Counted from the stretch's first letter, positions 9,839-19,316 are shown. The stretch is 64,000 nucleotides of DNA from Nitrospirota bacterium (GCA_037444505.1 JBBIMH010000014.1:2206-66205), one strand, 5' to 3'. The notes: a model not told the origin generated them from the sequence alone. Numbers and translations are program-made.

Positions 9839-9961
9839 GTATTATTGAAAACAAACCGGCCCACGGAGGATCACCCGAATGAAGGAATAAAACTCCTCGG
9901 TGTCCTCACTCCCTATCTGCCCCCATTCATTTCAGGCCCTATTTTTGTCCTGTATTCAACC
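9839..9961 (-). repeat. Repeat family B, copy 1
   Basis: The reverse complement aligns with 26806..26936 at roughly 75-80 percent by eye. The shared core is gggagtgaggacaccgaggagtttt. The element ends about 24 nt upstream of the rseC-like start codon. Confidence 0.75.
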
Positions 9962-10086
9962 CAATGAGGACAGCCGGCATTTTATCGAAGCAATTCCTTA
10001 GCGAGCCCTGCGGTTTCATTTCTTGCCTTTTTTCATGAAACTTTTGACATTGCCCTCATTGAAACACGCACGACTGCGCGCCCACC

Positions 10087-11694
10087 CTATGCCGTACGTC
10101 CCAATGCCGTCTTCTTCGTCTTCAGTATCTTGTACTCTATGCTGTCCACAAGCGCCTGCCAGCTCGCCTCGATCACATTCTCGGACACCCCGACAGTGCC
10201 CCACTTGTTCTTTCCGTCGCCGGACTCTATGAGCACGCGCACACGGGAGGCGGTACCGTCCGCCGCCGTCAGCACCCTGACCTTGTAGTCGAGCAGGCGC
10301 ACCTTTTCGAGACCCCTGCCGGGGAAATATTTAGGCAGCACCTTTCTGAGCGCCTTGTCGAGCGCGTTCACCGGACCATTGCCCCATGCGGCTGTATGCT
10401 CCACATTGCCGCCCATCTCCACTGTAATCGTGGCCTCGCTCACCGGATGCGGATCCACCTTGCGCTTCTCCGTAAGCACCCTGTAGTCTATGCGGTCGAA
10501 TATCTTGAATACGGACTCGTAGTTGTGGCTCGCCCTGAGCATCAGAAGCTCGAGAGAGCCCTCCGCCCCCTCGAACTCGTACCCTTCGTTCTCGAGCTGT
10601 TTCACCTTCCTCAATATCTCCGCAAGCTCGGGGCTGTCCTTCGAAATGGAGATGCCCATCTCCCCGGCCTTCTGGATTATATTGCTCCTGCCGGAATATT
10701 CCGAGACGAGTATGCGCCGTTTGTTTCCGACCTGTTCGGGAACGATGTGCTCATAGGTCAATGGATTCTTCGCCACTGCATCCACATGCACGCCGGCCTT
10801 GTGCGCGAATGCGCTATCTCCGACATAGGGTTGCCTCTTTCTGTGCTGCATGTTGGCGCTCTCGTCTATGGTGCGGGAGACCTCCCGGAGACGCGCAAGA
10901 TTCGCGTCCGAGATGCAGTTGATCCCCATCTTGAGCTTGAGGGCGGGTATGATGGAGCAGAGGTTCGCATTCCCGCACCGCTCGCCGTAGCCGTTTATCG
11001 TCCCGTGCACCTGCGATGCGCCGAGCCTCACGGCCGCGAGGGAATTCGCCACCGCAAGCTCGCTGTCGTTGTGCGCATGTATCCCGAACGGAGCCTTGAT
11101 GCGCTGTTTGACCTTTTTAACTATCTCCTCCACCTCGTGCACCAGTGTACCGCCGTTGGTGTCGCACAGCACGAGACAGTCCGCGCCTGCATCCTGCGCC
11201 GCGAGCAGGGTATCTATGGCATACTCGGGATTAGCCTTGAATCCGTCGAAGAAATGCTCCGCGTCGAAGAATACCTCGTCCATGTGTTTTTTGAGAAAAG
11301 AGATGGAGTCCCTTATCATAGCGAGGTTCTCAGCGAGCGTGGTCTTGAGGGCCTTGCGCACATGGAGGTCCCATGACTTGCCGTATATAGTTGCCGCAGG
11401 CGCACCCGAGGCTGCAAGCGCCTTGAGGATCGCATCCTCGCCCACCTTGAGCCCGGCCCTGCGGGTGGAGCCGAATGCGACCAGCCTCGCGTGCCTGAGC
11501 CTTACGCGCCTCATCTGCTCGAAAAAGGCCGTGTCCTTGGGGTTCGAGCCGGGCCAGCCGCCCTCGATATAGTGGACGCCGAACTGATCGAGCTTCTTCG
11601 AGACACGGATCTTGTCCTCTACCGAGAAGTTTATGTCCTCGGCCTGAGCCCCGTCTCGAAGCGTCGTATCATATATATACACAGCCTGTCTCAT
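10087..11694 (-). CDS. cimA: Citramalate synthase (2-isopropylmalate synthase family)
   Basis: VYIYDTTLRDGAQAE start and HAHND motif. Length and C-terminal regulatory domain fit the CimA/LeuA-type family. ATG at 11694 is preferred over GTG at 11724. Confidence 0.85.
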   Translation of the reverse strand: MRQAVYIYDTTLRDGAQAEDINFSVEDKIRVSKKLDQFGVHYIEGGWPGSNPKDTAFFEQMRRVRLRHARLVAFGSTRRAGLKVGEDAILKALAASGAPAATIYGKSWDLHVRKALKTTLAENLAMIRDSISFLKKHMDEVFFDAEHFFDGFKANPEYAIDTLLAAQDAGADCLVLCDTNGGTLVHEVEEIVKKVKQRIKAPFGIHAHNDSELAVANSLAAVRLGASQVHGTINGYGERCGNANLCSIIPALKLKMGINCISDANLARLREVSRTIDESANMQHRKRQPYVGDSAFAHKAGVHVDAVAKNPLTYEHIVPEQVGNKRRILVSEYSGRSNIIQKAGEMGISISKDSPELAEILRKVKQLENEGYEFEGAEGSLELLMLRASHNYESVFKIFDRIDYRVLTEKRKVDPHPVSEATITVEMGGNVEHTAAWGNGPVNALDKALRKVLPKYFPGRGLEKVRLLDYKVRVLTAADGTASRVRVLIESGDGKNKWGTVGVSENVIEASWQALVDSIEYKILKTKKTALGRTA

Positions 11695-11720
11695 GCCTCT
11701 GCGCCCTATGCCGTATCTCC

Positions 11721-12938
11721 TCACGCGGCCTTTTCGAGTTTGAATGCGTCATGCAGCACGCGCACCGCAAGCTCGGTGTATTTGGCTTCTATGATACACG
11801 AAATCTTTATCTCCGACGTGCTTATCATCATTATATTTATGCCCTCCTTCGCCAGCGCACCAAACATCTTCGCAGCCACGCCGGAGTGCGAGCGCATGCC
11901 GACGCCGATGATGGACACCTTTGCGATGTCTTCCTTGAGATTGACGTCCTTTGCGCCAATCTCGGCCACGACCTTCTTCATGACATCCATTATCTTCTTC
12001 GAATCGGTCTTCGGCACGGTGAAGGACATGTCCGTAAGCCCGGCCTCTCCGATGTTCTGGATGATCATGTCCACGACTACGTTGGCATCGGATACGGCGC
12101 TGAATATCTTCGCGGCCACGCCGGGCCTGTCCGGCACACCCTGTATGGTCACCTTCACCTGGTTCTTGTCGTATGCAACGCCGGACACAACCACTTTTTC
12201 CATATCAGCATCCTCCTTAGTAACGAGGGTGCCCGGGTTGTCGTTGAAGCTCGAGAGCACCCTTACAGGGACATTGTATTTCTTTGCGAACTCGACCGAG
12301 CGTGTCTGGAGCACCTTTGCGCCGAGGCTGGCCATCTCGAGCATCTCGTCGTATGAAATCTTGTCCAGCTTCCTTGCAGTGGGCACCACGTTCGGGTCTG
12401 TGGTATATACCCCGTCCACATCCGTGTAGATGTCGCAGTAATCGGCATTGAGGGCCGCTGCAACCGCCACCGCGGTAAGATCCGAGCCGCCGCGACCGAG
12501 CGTGGTGACGTCGTCCTGCTCGTTTATGCCCTGAAAACCCGCCACGACCGCGATCTTCCCCTCCTTGAGGGCCTGGCGCAGCCTTTCACCCGTAATCTTC
12601 TCTATCCTCGCCTTTGTATGCACCTGGTCCGAGATGATGCCTGCCTGCCTGCCGGTGAACGACTGCGCCTTGTAGCCTAAAGACTGTATGGCCATAGCGA
12701 GCAGCGCTATCGTGACCCGCTCCCCTGTAGAGACGAGCATGTCCATCTCTCTCGGGTCTGGATTGTCGGTCACCTGATAGGCGAGGTTGATGAGCTTGTC
12801 CGTCTCGCCGCTCATGGCGGAGACCACCACTACCACATCGTGGCCTTCTTCTTTCGTCCTGCACACGCGGCGTGCGACGTTTTTGATCCTCTCTGGATTT
12901 CCCACCGAGGTCCCGCCATACTTCTGAACGATTAACAC
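11721..12938 (-). CDS. lysC: Aspartate kinase
   Basis: [17 protein letters not shown] and tandem C-terminal ACT domains. The GTG start at 12938 is preceded by GGAGGGG. Confidence 0.92.
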   Translation of the reverse strand: MLIVQKYGGTSVGNPERIKNVARRVCRTKEEGHDVVVVVSAMSGETDKLINLAYQVTDNPDPREMDMLVSTGERVTIALLAMAIQSLGYKAQSFTGRQAGIISDQVHTKARIEKITGERLRQALKEGKIAVVAGFQGINEQDDVTTLGRGGSDLTAVAVAAALNADYCDIYTDVDGVYTTDPNVVPTARKLDKISYDEMLEMASLGAKVLQTRSVEFAKKYNVPVRVLSSFNDNPGTLVTKEDADMEKVVVSGVAYDKNQVKVTIQGVPDRPGVAAKIFSAVSDANVVVDMIIQNIGEAGLTDMSFTVPKTDSKKIMDVMKKVVAEIGAKDVNLKEDIAKVSIIGVGMRSHSGVAAKMFGALAKEGINIMMISTSEIKISCIIEAKYTELAVRVLHDAFKLEKAA

Positions 12939-13077
12939 CCTTTCCCCTCCATATATAAAAAGCAGCCCGCCCATGAGGGCATAGGGGCCGCAAAGAGAAC
13001 TCAGCCGCGAAGCCGATGCCTCCGCCTCTCCCGCCCCTTTTTGGGTCCTCTATGACCTCTCAGCCGAGTCTCCTTCT

Positions 13078-14301
13078 TTATTTCTCCAAGAAATAGTCCA
13101 TCAGCCTGTAGCCTTCTTTGAATACCGCTGTATCACCGGACTGCGCGATCGTCTCGTCGAATGACAATCTCTGGCCCCTTTGCTCACGCCTGCTGTCGTA
13201 GATGATGAACGGCACGGGTTCCGCTGAATGCGTGCGTATCTCTATGGGCGTGGGGTGGTCCGGAAGCACGAGGATGCGGTATTCGTCGAATTGTTTCATG
13301 CCGTGGATGATATTTCCGACCACGAATTCATCGAAGTCCTCGATCGCCCTGATCTTATTCTTGACGTCCCCTGTATGGCCTGCCTCGTCCGGCGCCTCGA
13401 CATGAAGATATACGATGTCCTTGCTCCGGAGCGCCCAAAGGGCATGCTCCGCCTTGCCGACATAGTTCGAGTCTATCCACCCCGTGGCGCCGGGCACATT
13501 GATCACCTCGAAACCCGCATACACCCCCAGCCCCTTGGTGAGATCCACGGCGGAGATCACAGCACCCTCGAGACCGTACTTCTGCCTGAATGTCGGCATG
13601 GAGGGCCTTTTGCCCTGGCCCCACAGCCAAATGCAGTTTGCAGGCCGCTTGGATTTCTCGAGCCTCGCCTTGTTCACAGGATGAGCGGAGAGTATGTCGT
13701 AGGACGCCTCCATGAGCTCATTCAATATCTCGTCGCCCTCTCCTCGCGGCAGATAGTCCGATATGTCCTTGTCCTGTATGTCATGAGGCGGCGTACACTC
13801 CACCTTTTCCCTGCCGTTCTTCCATACCATGAGGTGGCGGTAGCTGACGCCCGGATAGAACCTAATGGACTCCCTCCCGAGTTTGGCGTCTATCTCTTCG
13901 ATGAGGCTGCGCGCCTCTTCCGTGGAGATGTGGCCGGCGCTGAAGTCTTCCATCACCGCTCTGCGTCCACGGCCGGATGAACCGCCGGCCGTGACCCTGA
14001 GCGTAACGAGATTGCATCGGAACGCCACGTCCGCTTCACCCAACTCTACACCCATGCTCGCGGCCTCGAGCGGAGAGCGGCCTGTGTAGTATTTCCGCGG
14101 GTCATAACCCAGGACCGAAAGATTCGCCACATCGCTTCCCGGGGAAAACCCCTCGGGCACGGTATGCACCATGCCTATCTCGCCGAGGCTCGCAAGAAGG
14201 TCCATGTTCGGCGTATGGGCCGCCTGAAGGCATGTCTTTCCGCCGAGCGCCGGAATGGGCCTGTCTGCCATGCCGTCGCCTACCAGGATGATATACTTCA
14301 T
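13078..14301 (-). CDS. ApgM-type (archaeal-type, cofactor-independent) phosphoglycerate mutase homolog; possibly homoserine kinase
   Basis: MKYIILVGDGMADRP start and metalloenzyme-superfamily motifs (HVEAPDEAGH, LPDHPTP). The start was moved to the ATG at 14301. The upstream part of the ORF is an arginine/glycine-rich shadow. Confidence 0.85.
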   Translation of the reverse strand: MKYIILVGDGMADRPIPALGGKTCLQAAHTPNMDLLASLGEIGMVHTVPEGFSPGSDVANLSVLGYDPRKYYTGRSPLEAASMGVELGEADVAFRCNLVTLRVTAGGSSGRGRRAVMEDFSAGHISTEEARSLIEEIDAKLGRESIRFYPGVSYRHLMVWKNGREKVECTPPHDIQDKDISDYLPRGEGDEILNELMEASYDILSAHPVNKARLEKSKRPANCIWLWGQGKRPSMPTFRQKYGLEGAVISAVDLTKGLGVYAGFEVINVPGATGWIDSNYVGKAEHALWALRSKDIVYLHVEAPDEAGHTGDVKNKIRAIEDFDEFVVGNIIHGMKQFDEYRILVLPDHPTPIEIRTHSAEPVPFIIYDSRREQRGQRLSFDETIAQSGDTAVFKEGYRLMDYFLEK

Positions 14302-14309
14302 GCTATCGC

Positions 14310-14546
14310 TCACAATGCATCCATCTCCACCCGCTCCACCTTCACTCCGCGCTCGATCAAATATGCAATCCCGTCGTTGATGTTCTTGTCCGTGCCCTCG
14401 AGCTCGAGCACCACCTCGCCGACGCTCTCGGTCACCTTCGCCCGCCGTATGTTCGGCATGACATCGAATTTCTTCGCCATCGTAAAGATGACCGGCTCCT
14501 TGATCAGCTCCTGCGGAAAGATCAGTTTGACCCTCTTTGTGGCCAT
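14310..14546 (-). CDS. NIL-domain protein
   Basis: KRVKLIFPQELIKEPVIFTMAKKFDVMPNIRRAKVTE..GEVVLELEG resembles the NIL (MetN C-terminal-like) domain. The ATG at 14546 is preceded by GGGAGGGGG. Confidence 0.7.
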   Translation of the reverse strand: MATKRVKLIFPQELIKEPVIFTMAKKFDVMPNIRRAKVTESVGEVVLELEGTDKNINDGIAYLIERGVKVERVEMDAL

Positions 14547-14587
14547 GTCCCCCTCCCATCCGATAGCCGAGATGCCCCCTACATAAT

Positions 14588-14881
14588 TCAAGACAGACAG
14601 GCTGTCCATCCGCCTCCGGCTATCGCAGGCACAATAGAGACGGTGTCCCCGTCTTTGAGACGTGTCTCTTCCTTGTTCATAAAGCGTATGTCTTCGTCGT
14701 TTACATATATGTTTATGAACCTTCTTATCTTTCCGCCTTCCGAGAGACGCTCTCTCATCCCCGGATAATCCCTTTCGAGCAGGTCGAGCATCTCGTGCAC
14801 GGTTGAGGCATCGACCTCGACCTCTGTCCTGCCGTCCGTCAGTTTCTGGAGCGGCGTGGGAATCCTCACCTTTACAGGCAT
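14588..14881 (-). CDS. MoaD/ThiS-family sulfur-carrier protein with residues following the diglycine
   Basis: The beta-grasp carrier pattern ends DGDTVSIVPAIAGGG and is then followed by WTACLS before the stop. The ATG at 14881 is preceded by AGGAGGAGG. Confidence 0.8.
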   Translation of the reverse strand: MPVKVRIPTPLQKLTDGRTEVEVDASTVHEMLDLLERDYPGMRERLSEGGKIRRFINIYVNDEDIRFMNKEETRLKDGDTVSIVPAIAGGGWTACLS

Positions 14882-14942
14882 GCGAACCTCCTCCTGAAAA
14901 AATGCGGCGGCCGCGCTCGATCGCGGTGCGCCTACAGTCGAT

Positions 14943-15371
14943 CTATTCACTCAGCAGCTCTACCTCGTTCACCGAGCCCTGCTCTATGGAATATCCCTTT
15001 ACCACAGGTCTCGACATGTCCATAAGGGAGACGATGACATAGACGACCCCGGGATAGTTCGGGTAGAGAGTGCCCGGCCAGTAGGCCCTCTCTACATCCG
15101 TCGCAGAGGGATGCGCCGGGCTGCTCGGATGCGAATGGAAGATGCCTATAAGCTCGAGCCCGGCCGCCCGGATGTCCTTCATGACCCTGAACTGCTCTTC
15201 AGGATCCATTTCATAATACACCGGCCCGGGCATTGCATTCTTCATGCAATAGACCTTTTTCACACTTCCATCCAGACCCGCGAGCATGCCACACGCCTCA
15301 TCCGGGTACGCCGCTTTGCAGTGGTCTATTATCTTTCTCACGTCCTCCGCCGGTATCCTGAGCAGAGCCAT
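14943..15371 (-). CDS. JAMM/MPN+ metalloprotease (Mec+/HcyD/QbsD-like)
   Basis: E..CG then the HSHPSSPAHPSATD JAMM motif (HxHx7Sx2D). About 140 aa, as for stand-alone prokaryotic JAMM proteins. Confidence 0.85.
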   Translation of the reverse strand: MALLRIPAEDVRKIIDHCKAAYPDEACGMLAGLDGSVKKVYCMKNAMPGPVYYEMDPEEQFRVMKDIRAAGLELIGIFHSHPSSPAHPSATDVERAYWPGTLYPNYPGVVYVIVSLMDMSRPVVKGYSIEQGSVNEVELLSE

Positions 15372-15381
15372 AGAGACACCG

Positions 15382-16185
15382 TCAATGAGACATGGAGCAG
15401 AACTGCTCATAGTCCACAAGGCTGGTTATGGTCGGCCTGTCCCCGCACATGGGGCAGTCGGGATTCCGCGGCACGCGCACCGTCCTGAAGCTCATATCGA
15501 GGGCGTTCCAGAGGAGGAGCGCTCCCTTGAGCGGCCTTCCTATGCCGAGGATGAGTTTTACGACCTCTGTGGCCTGGATCGTACCTATCACGCCTGTAAC
15601 TACGCCGAGTATACCGGCCTCCTGGCATGAGGGCACCATGCCTGGCGGCGGAGGCACCTCGAACAGGCAGCGGTAGCAAGGCCCTTCACCAGGCTGTATT
15701 GTCATCACCTGGCCCTCGAACCTGAACACCGCCGCGCTCACGAGGGGCTTCTTGAGCATCACGCAGGCGTCATTGACAAGGTATCGCGTAGGGAAGTTGT
15801 CGCTTCCGTCCACGACGATGTCGTAATCCTTTATGATGTTCATGATATTGGCCGATGTAAGCCGCTCCTTGTGCGTTGTAACCTTCACGTCCGGATTCAG
15901 CGTCTCGTATGTCTCTTTGGCGGAGTCTGCCTTATCCACACCCAGACGGTTCGTATTATGGGCGATCTGGCGCTGGAGGTTAGACAGCTCGACCCTGTCG
16001 TTGTCTATCACGCCGATTGTTCCCACTCCTGCAGCGGCGAGATAGTAACCCACAGGCGAGCCGAGCCCGCCCGCTCCCACGAGGACCACCTTCGCTCCAA
16101 GCAGCCTCTCCTGCCCTTCTCCCCCTACCTCGGGCAGAAGGATGTGCCTGCTATATCTCATTATCTGCTCTTCTGTGAATTCCAT
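15382..16185 (-). CDS. ThiF/MoeB-family E1-like adenylyltransferase
   Basis: RYSRHILLPEVGGEGQERL and GAGGLGSP nucleotide loop, plus two CxxC pairs (CYRC, CPMC). No rhodanese domain. Confidence 0.9.
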   Translation of the reverse strand: MEFTEEQIMRYSRHILLPEVGGEGQERLLGAKVVLVGAGGLGSPVGYYLAAAGVGTIGVIDNDRVELSNLQRQIAHNTNRLGVDKADSAKETYETLNPDVKVTTHKERLTSANIMNIIKDYDIVVDGSDNFPTRYLVNDACVMLKKPLVSAAVFRFEGQVMTIQPGEGPCYRCLFEVPPPPGMVPSCQEAGILGVVTGVIGTIQATEVVKLILGIGRPLKGALLLWNALDMSFRTVRVPRNPDCPMCGDRPTITSLVDYEQFCSMSH

Positions 16186-16229
16186 TTCCCGTCAGCGGAA
16201 CGAGAACGTCGCCCCGCGCCTCCACATTC

Positions 16230-16490
16230 TTATTGTTTCTTCTTCTCCTTATCCTTCCGGACGAAGATATGCCATTCCTTGTCGCCGGTCTGCTCTATCT
16301 TCAGCACCTTCTGCCCTTCGTTCTCCATGCTCCTCGGCACATTGTCCACTGCAGGCCTGTGGTCGAGGACTATCTCGAGCACTTCGCCGATGTTCATCTT
16401 CTCTATGGCCAGCTTAGAGCGGACGAACGTATACGGACAGACCTGGCCGCGGATGTCGATCACCTTGTCCGGTTTGATTTCATCTCCCAT
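16230..16490 (-). CDS. TusA/SirA-family sulfurtransferase
   Basis: IDIRGQVCPYTFVRSKLAIEKM contains the conserved TusA Cys-Pro motif. The ATG at 16490 is preceded by GGGGAGAAGG. The TTG at 16523 is an alternative start. Confidence 0.8.
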   Translation of the reverse strand: MGDEIKPDKVIDIRGQVCPYTFVRSKLAIEKMNIGEVLEIVLDHRPAVDNVPRSMENEGQKVLKIEQTGDKEWHIFVRKDKEKKKQ

Positions 16491-16519
16491 ACCCTTCTCC
16501 CCTGTAAAATAGATTCTAC

Positions 16520-17842
16520 TCAATAGCCATCGTTGCCCTCCACCCTGATGAAGGCAGTCTTTCCCCCCACGCAGTCGAGTGTATCAATCTCAGCGAGGGC
16601 CCTGCGCACGTCCCTTTCGACCGCCTCGTGCGTCATCATGACGACAGGCACCGCCTCAGCCACCTTCCTGCCCTTCTGGATCACAGAAGATATGCTTATG
16701 TTGTTCCTGCCGAGCACGCCCGATATCCTGGACATCACACCCGGCTTGTCTATGGCGGAAAAACGGAGATAGTAACAGGAGGTGATATCATCGATCTTCC
16801 TGATTTTGAGTTCCGCCCTCTCCCTGAAGGCCGTCACAGGAGAGCGCCGCATGCTCCCGGCAAGGATGTCCCTCCCGATGTCCATGATGTCGCTCACCAC
16901 TGCGCTGCCGGTGGGCATGTCCCCGGCCCCGCGGCCGTAGAACATCGTGGTGCCCACCGCGTCTCCCACCACAGAAAGGGCATTGTAGACCCCATCCACC
17001 ATCGCGATTGGATGCCGCTCCGGAAGCATAGTAGGATGAACGCGCGCCTCTATCTCGCCGTTGACCATCTTGCATATCGCGAGCAGCTTTATCTTGTAGC
17101 CCAGGTCTCTGGCGAACTCTATGTCGAGCGGGGTGATCTTGGATATCCCCTCGGTGTAAATGTCGTCGAACCTCACAGGCGTGCCGAAGGCGAGCATAGC
17201 GAGGATCGATAGCTTGTGCGCAGAATCTATGCCCTCGATGTCGAATGTCGGATCAGCCTCTGCATAGCCTTTCTGCTGCGCCTCTTTCAAGACATCCTCG
17301 AACATCCTGCGCTCGTTGGTCATGAGCGTTAGAATATAGTTACATGTACCGTTCACGATGCCGAAAATGGACTCGATGTCATTCGCAGCGAGTCCATCCT
17401 TGAGCGCCCGCAGGATAGGGATCCCGCCCGCCACTGAGGCCTCGAACCCTATGCAGACGCCCGCCTTCTCAGCAGCCGCGTATATCTCCTCTCCATGCAC
17501 CGATAGAAGCGCCTTGTTGGCGGTGACCACATGCTTTTTCTTATCTATGGCCGTGAGTATGAACTCCTTTGCAGGCCTGTATCCGCCTATGAGCTCCACA
17601 ACGATGTCGATGTCTGGATCTTCGAGCACCTCCGAGGCATCCGTTGTCAGCCTTGCGCCGGATAGGGGGATTCCCCTGTCACGGTTTATATCGAGGTCTG
17701 CAATGGTCTTGAGCCTGACTGAAGCACCCAGCCTCCTCTTTATCGTCGCAGCGTTTTCAATGAGTATCCGCGCCGTGCCCGTCCCTACGGTCCCGAAACC
17801 TATGATACCGACATCTATTGAATTCTTGCCTCTGAATGCCAT
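16520..17842 (-). CDS. hom: Homoserine dehydrogenase
   Basis: GIIGFGTVGTG NAD-binding loop, a catalytic domain and a C-terminal ACT domain. Confidence 0.92.
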   Translation of the reverse strand: MAFRGKNSIDVGIIGFGTVGTGTARILIENAATIKRRLGASVRLKTIADLDINRDRGIPLSGARLTTDASEVLEDPDIDIVVELIGGYRPAKEFILTAIDKKKHVVTANKALLSVHGEEIYAAAEKAGVCIGFEASVAGGIPILRALKDGLAANDIESIFGIVNGTCNYILTLMTNERRMFEDVLKEAQQKGYAEADPTFDIEGIDSAHKLSILAMLAFGTPVRFDDIYTEGISKITPLDIEFARDLGYKIKLLAICKMVNGEIEARVHPTMLPERHPIAMVDGVYNALSVVGDAVGTTMFYGRGAGDMPTGSAVVSDIMDIGRDILAGSMRRSPVTAFRERAELKIRKIDDITSCYYLRFSAIDKPGVMSRISGVLGRNNISISSVIQKGRKVAEAVPVVMMTHEAVERDVRRALAEIDTLDCVGGKTAFIRVEGNDGY

Positions 17843-17904
17843 CCTTGCTCCATTTATGCACGTTCAATGACCCTGCTTGCACAGGGCTCGGCCCCCGGCC
17901 CCGC

Positions 17905-19080
17905 TTATTTATTCAGCGCCTGCCTTATCCCCTTTACTGCCTGCCGGATGCGGTGCTCGTTTTCGACGAGCGCGAACCTCACATAACCTTCGCCGTATTC
18001 GCCGAATCCTATGCCCGGAGAGACCGCAACCTTCGCCTCCTTGATCAAAAACTTCGAAAACTCCAGAGAGCCCATCTTCTTGAAAGGCTCGGGGATCTCC
18101 GCCCATACGAACATGGTCGCCTTTGGCTTATCTATCTGCCAGCCCGCCTTGTTGAGTCCTTCGACGAGCACGTCCCTCCTGGATTGATACATGTCAGATA
18201 TCTCTTTTACGCACTCCTGCGGCCCGTTCAGGGCGATGATCGATGCGATCTGTATGGGTTGAAACATACCGTAGTCGAGATAGCTCTTAATCTTCACGAG
18301 GGCGCCCACCACATCCTTGTTGCCGCAGCAGAAGCCCACGCGCCAGCCAGCCATGTTGTAGCTCTTCGTGAGGCTGAAGAACTCCACGCCCACATCCTTC
18401 GCGCCCTCCGCCTGGAGAAAGCTCGGCGCCCTGTAGCCGTCGAAATTGAGATCTGCATACGCCAGGTCGTGCACGACTATGATATTGTTCTCCCTCGCGA
18501 AGTCCGCGATCTTCTGGAAGAAGTCGAGGTCCACGACCATGGTGGTGGGGTTGTTGGGAAAGTTGATTATGAGCATCTTCGGCCTGGGCCATGTATTTTT
18601 GAACGCCTCATTGAGATCCGAGAAGAAGTCGCAGTCCTTGCGCAACGGGATCGAACGCACCTCTCCCCCTGCGATTATCACGCTGTACGGATGAATCGGA
18701 TATGCAGGCGTAGTGGTCAGGACCACATCGCCCGGCTCGATCGTGGCAAGGGCGAGATGCGACAGCCCTTCTTTGGAGCCTATTGTCACCACCGCCTCTG
18801 TCTCCGGGTCGAGGCTTACGTCATAGCGCCTCTTGTACCAATCGCAGATGGCGGCCCTGAGCTTGGTGATGCCTTTCGAGGCCGAGTAGCGGTGATTTTT
18901 CGGGTTCTGGGCCGCCTCGACCAGTTTGTCGACGATGTGCTGAGGAGTGCCCTGATCGGGATTGCCCATCCCGAGATCGATGATGTCCTCTCCACGCCTC
19001 CTCGCCTCTATCTTCATAGATGTGACTATCGCAAACACATAAGGCGGCAGCCTTTTTATCCTGCCGAATCTGTCGGTCAT
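17905..19080 (-). CDS. Class I/II PLP-dependent aminotransferase (alanine/aspartate aminotransferase-like)
   Basis: [17 protein letters not shown] and [15 protein letters not shown] (PLP lysine motif). Confidence 0.88.
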   Translation of the reverse strand: MTDRFGRIKRLPPYVFAIVTSMKIEARRRGEDIIDLGMGNPDQGTPQHIVDKLVEAAQNPKNHRYSASKGITKLRAAICDWYKRRYDVSLDPETEAVVTIGSKEGLSHLALATIEPGDVVLTTTPAYPIHPYSVIIAGGEVRSIPLRKDCDFFSDLNEAFKNTWPRPKMLIINFPNNPTTMVVDLDFFQKIADFARENNIIVVHDLAYADLNFDGYRAPSFLQAEGAKDVGVEFFSLTKSYNMAGWRVGFCCGNKDVVGALVKIKSYLDYGMFQPIQIASIIALNGPQECVKEISDMYQSRRDVLVEGLNKAGWQIDKPKATMFVWAEIPEPFKKMGSLEFSKFLIKEAKVAVSPGIGFGEYGEGYVRFALVENEHRIRQAVKGIRQALNK

Positions 19081-19197
19081 CTTACATCCTTTCGACTTTA
19101 CTGCCGGCCTTGTTCACAGAAAAACCCCGGCAGGCTGATTTCAGAACAAAAACAGGATATTATGGAGCGTAACCATGCAATTTTTAGGGTAATTTCG

Positions 19198-19226
19198 ATA
19201 ATAAAGCAGTCTCATTTTTTTGTCAA
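19198..19226 (-). promoter_or_regulatory. Candidate sigma-70 promoter for the aminotransferase/hom operon
   Basis: The minus strand reads TTGACA, a 17-nt spacer, then TATTAT. It lies about 120 nt upstream of the start codon at 19080. Confidence 0.5.
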
Positions 19227-19316
19227 TAAAATACTTGGACTTTATGGACGGCGACGTTCGGACGAGGTATGAAGGACTGTGTGCGATTTAATCGGATTAT
19301 ACTATTGACAAGACAA

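Noticed and set aside
14302-14559. 86-aa N-terminal extension of the ApgM-like ORF (MGGGHGHKEG...).
   Set aside because: The Gly/Arg-rich shadow sequence overlaps the NIL-domain gene. The conserved family N-terminus MKYIILVGDGMADRP starts at the ATG at 14301.
17836-19272. 478-aa plus-strand ORF. Similar long antisense ORFs lie at 19590..21449, 44622..45788, 45858..47345, 11491..12429, 55206..56066 and 60817..61911.
   Set aside because: Each lies entirely opposite a gene with clear family motifs. Their translations are low-complexity (R/L/H/P-rich) with no recognisable domains. These are typical shadow ORFs of GC-rich coding DNA.
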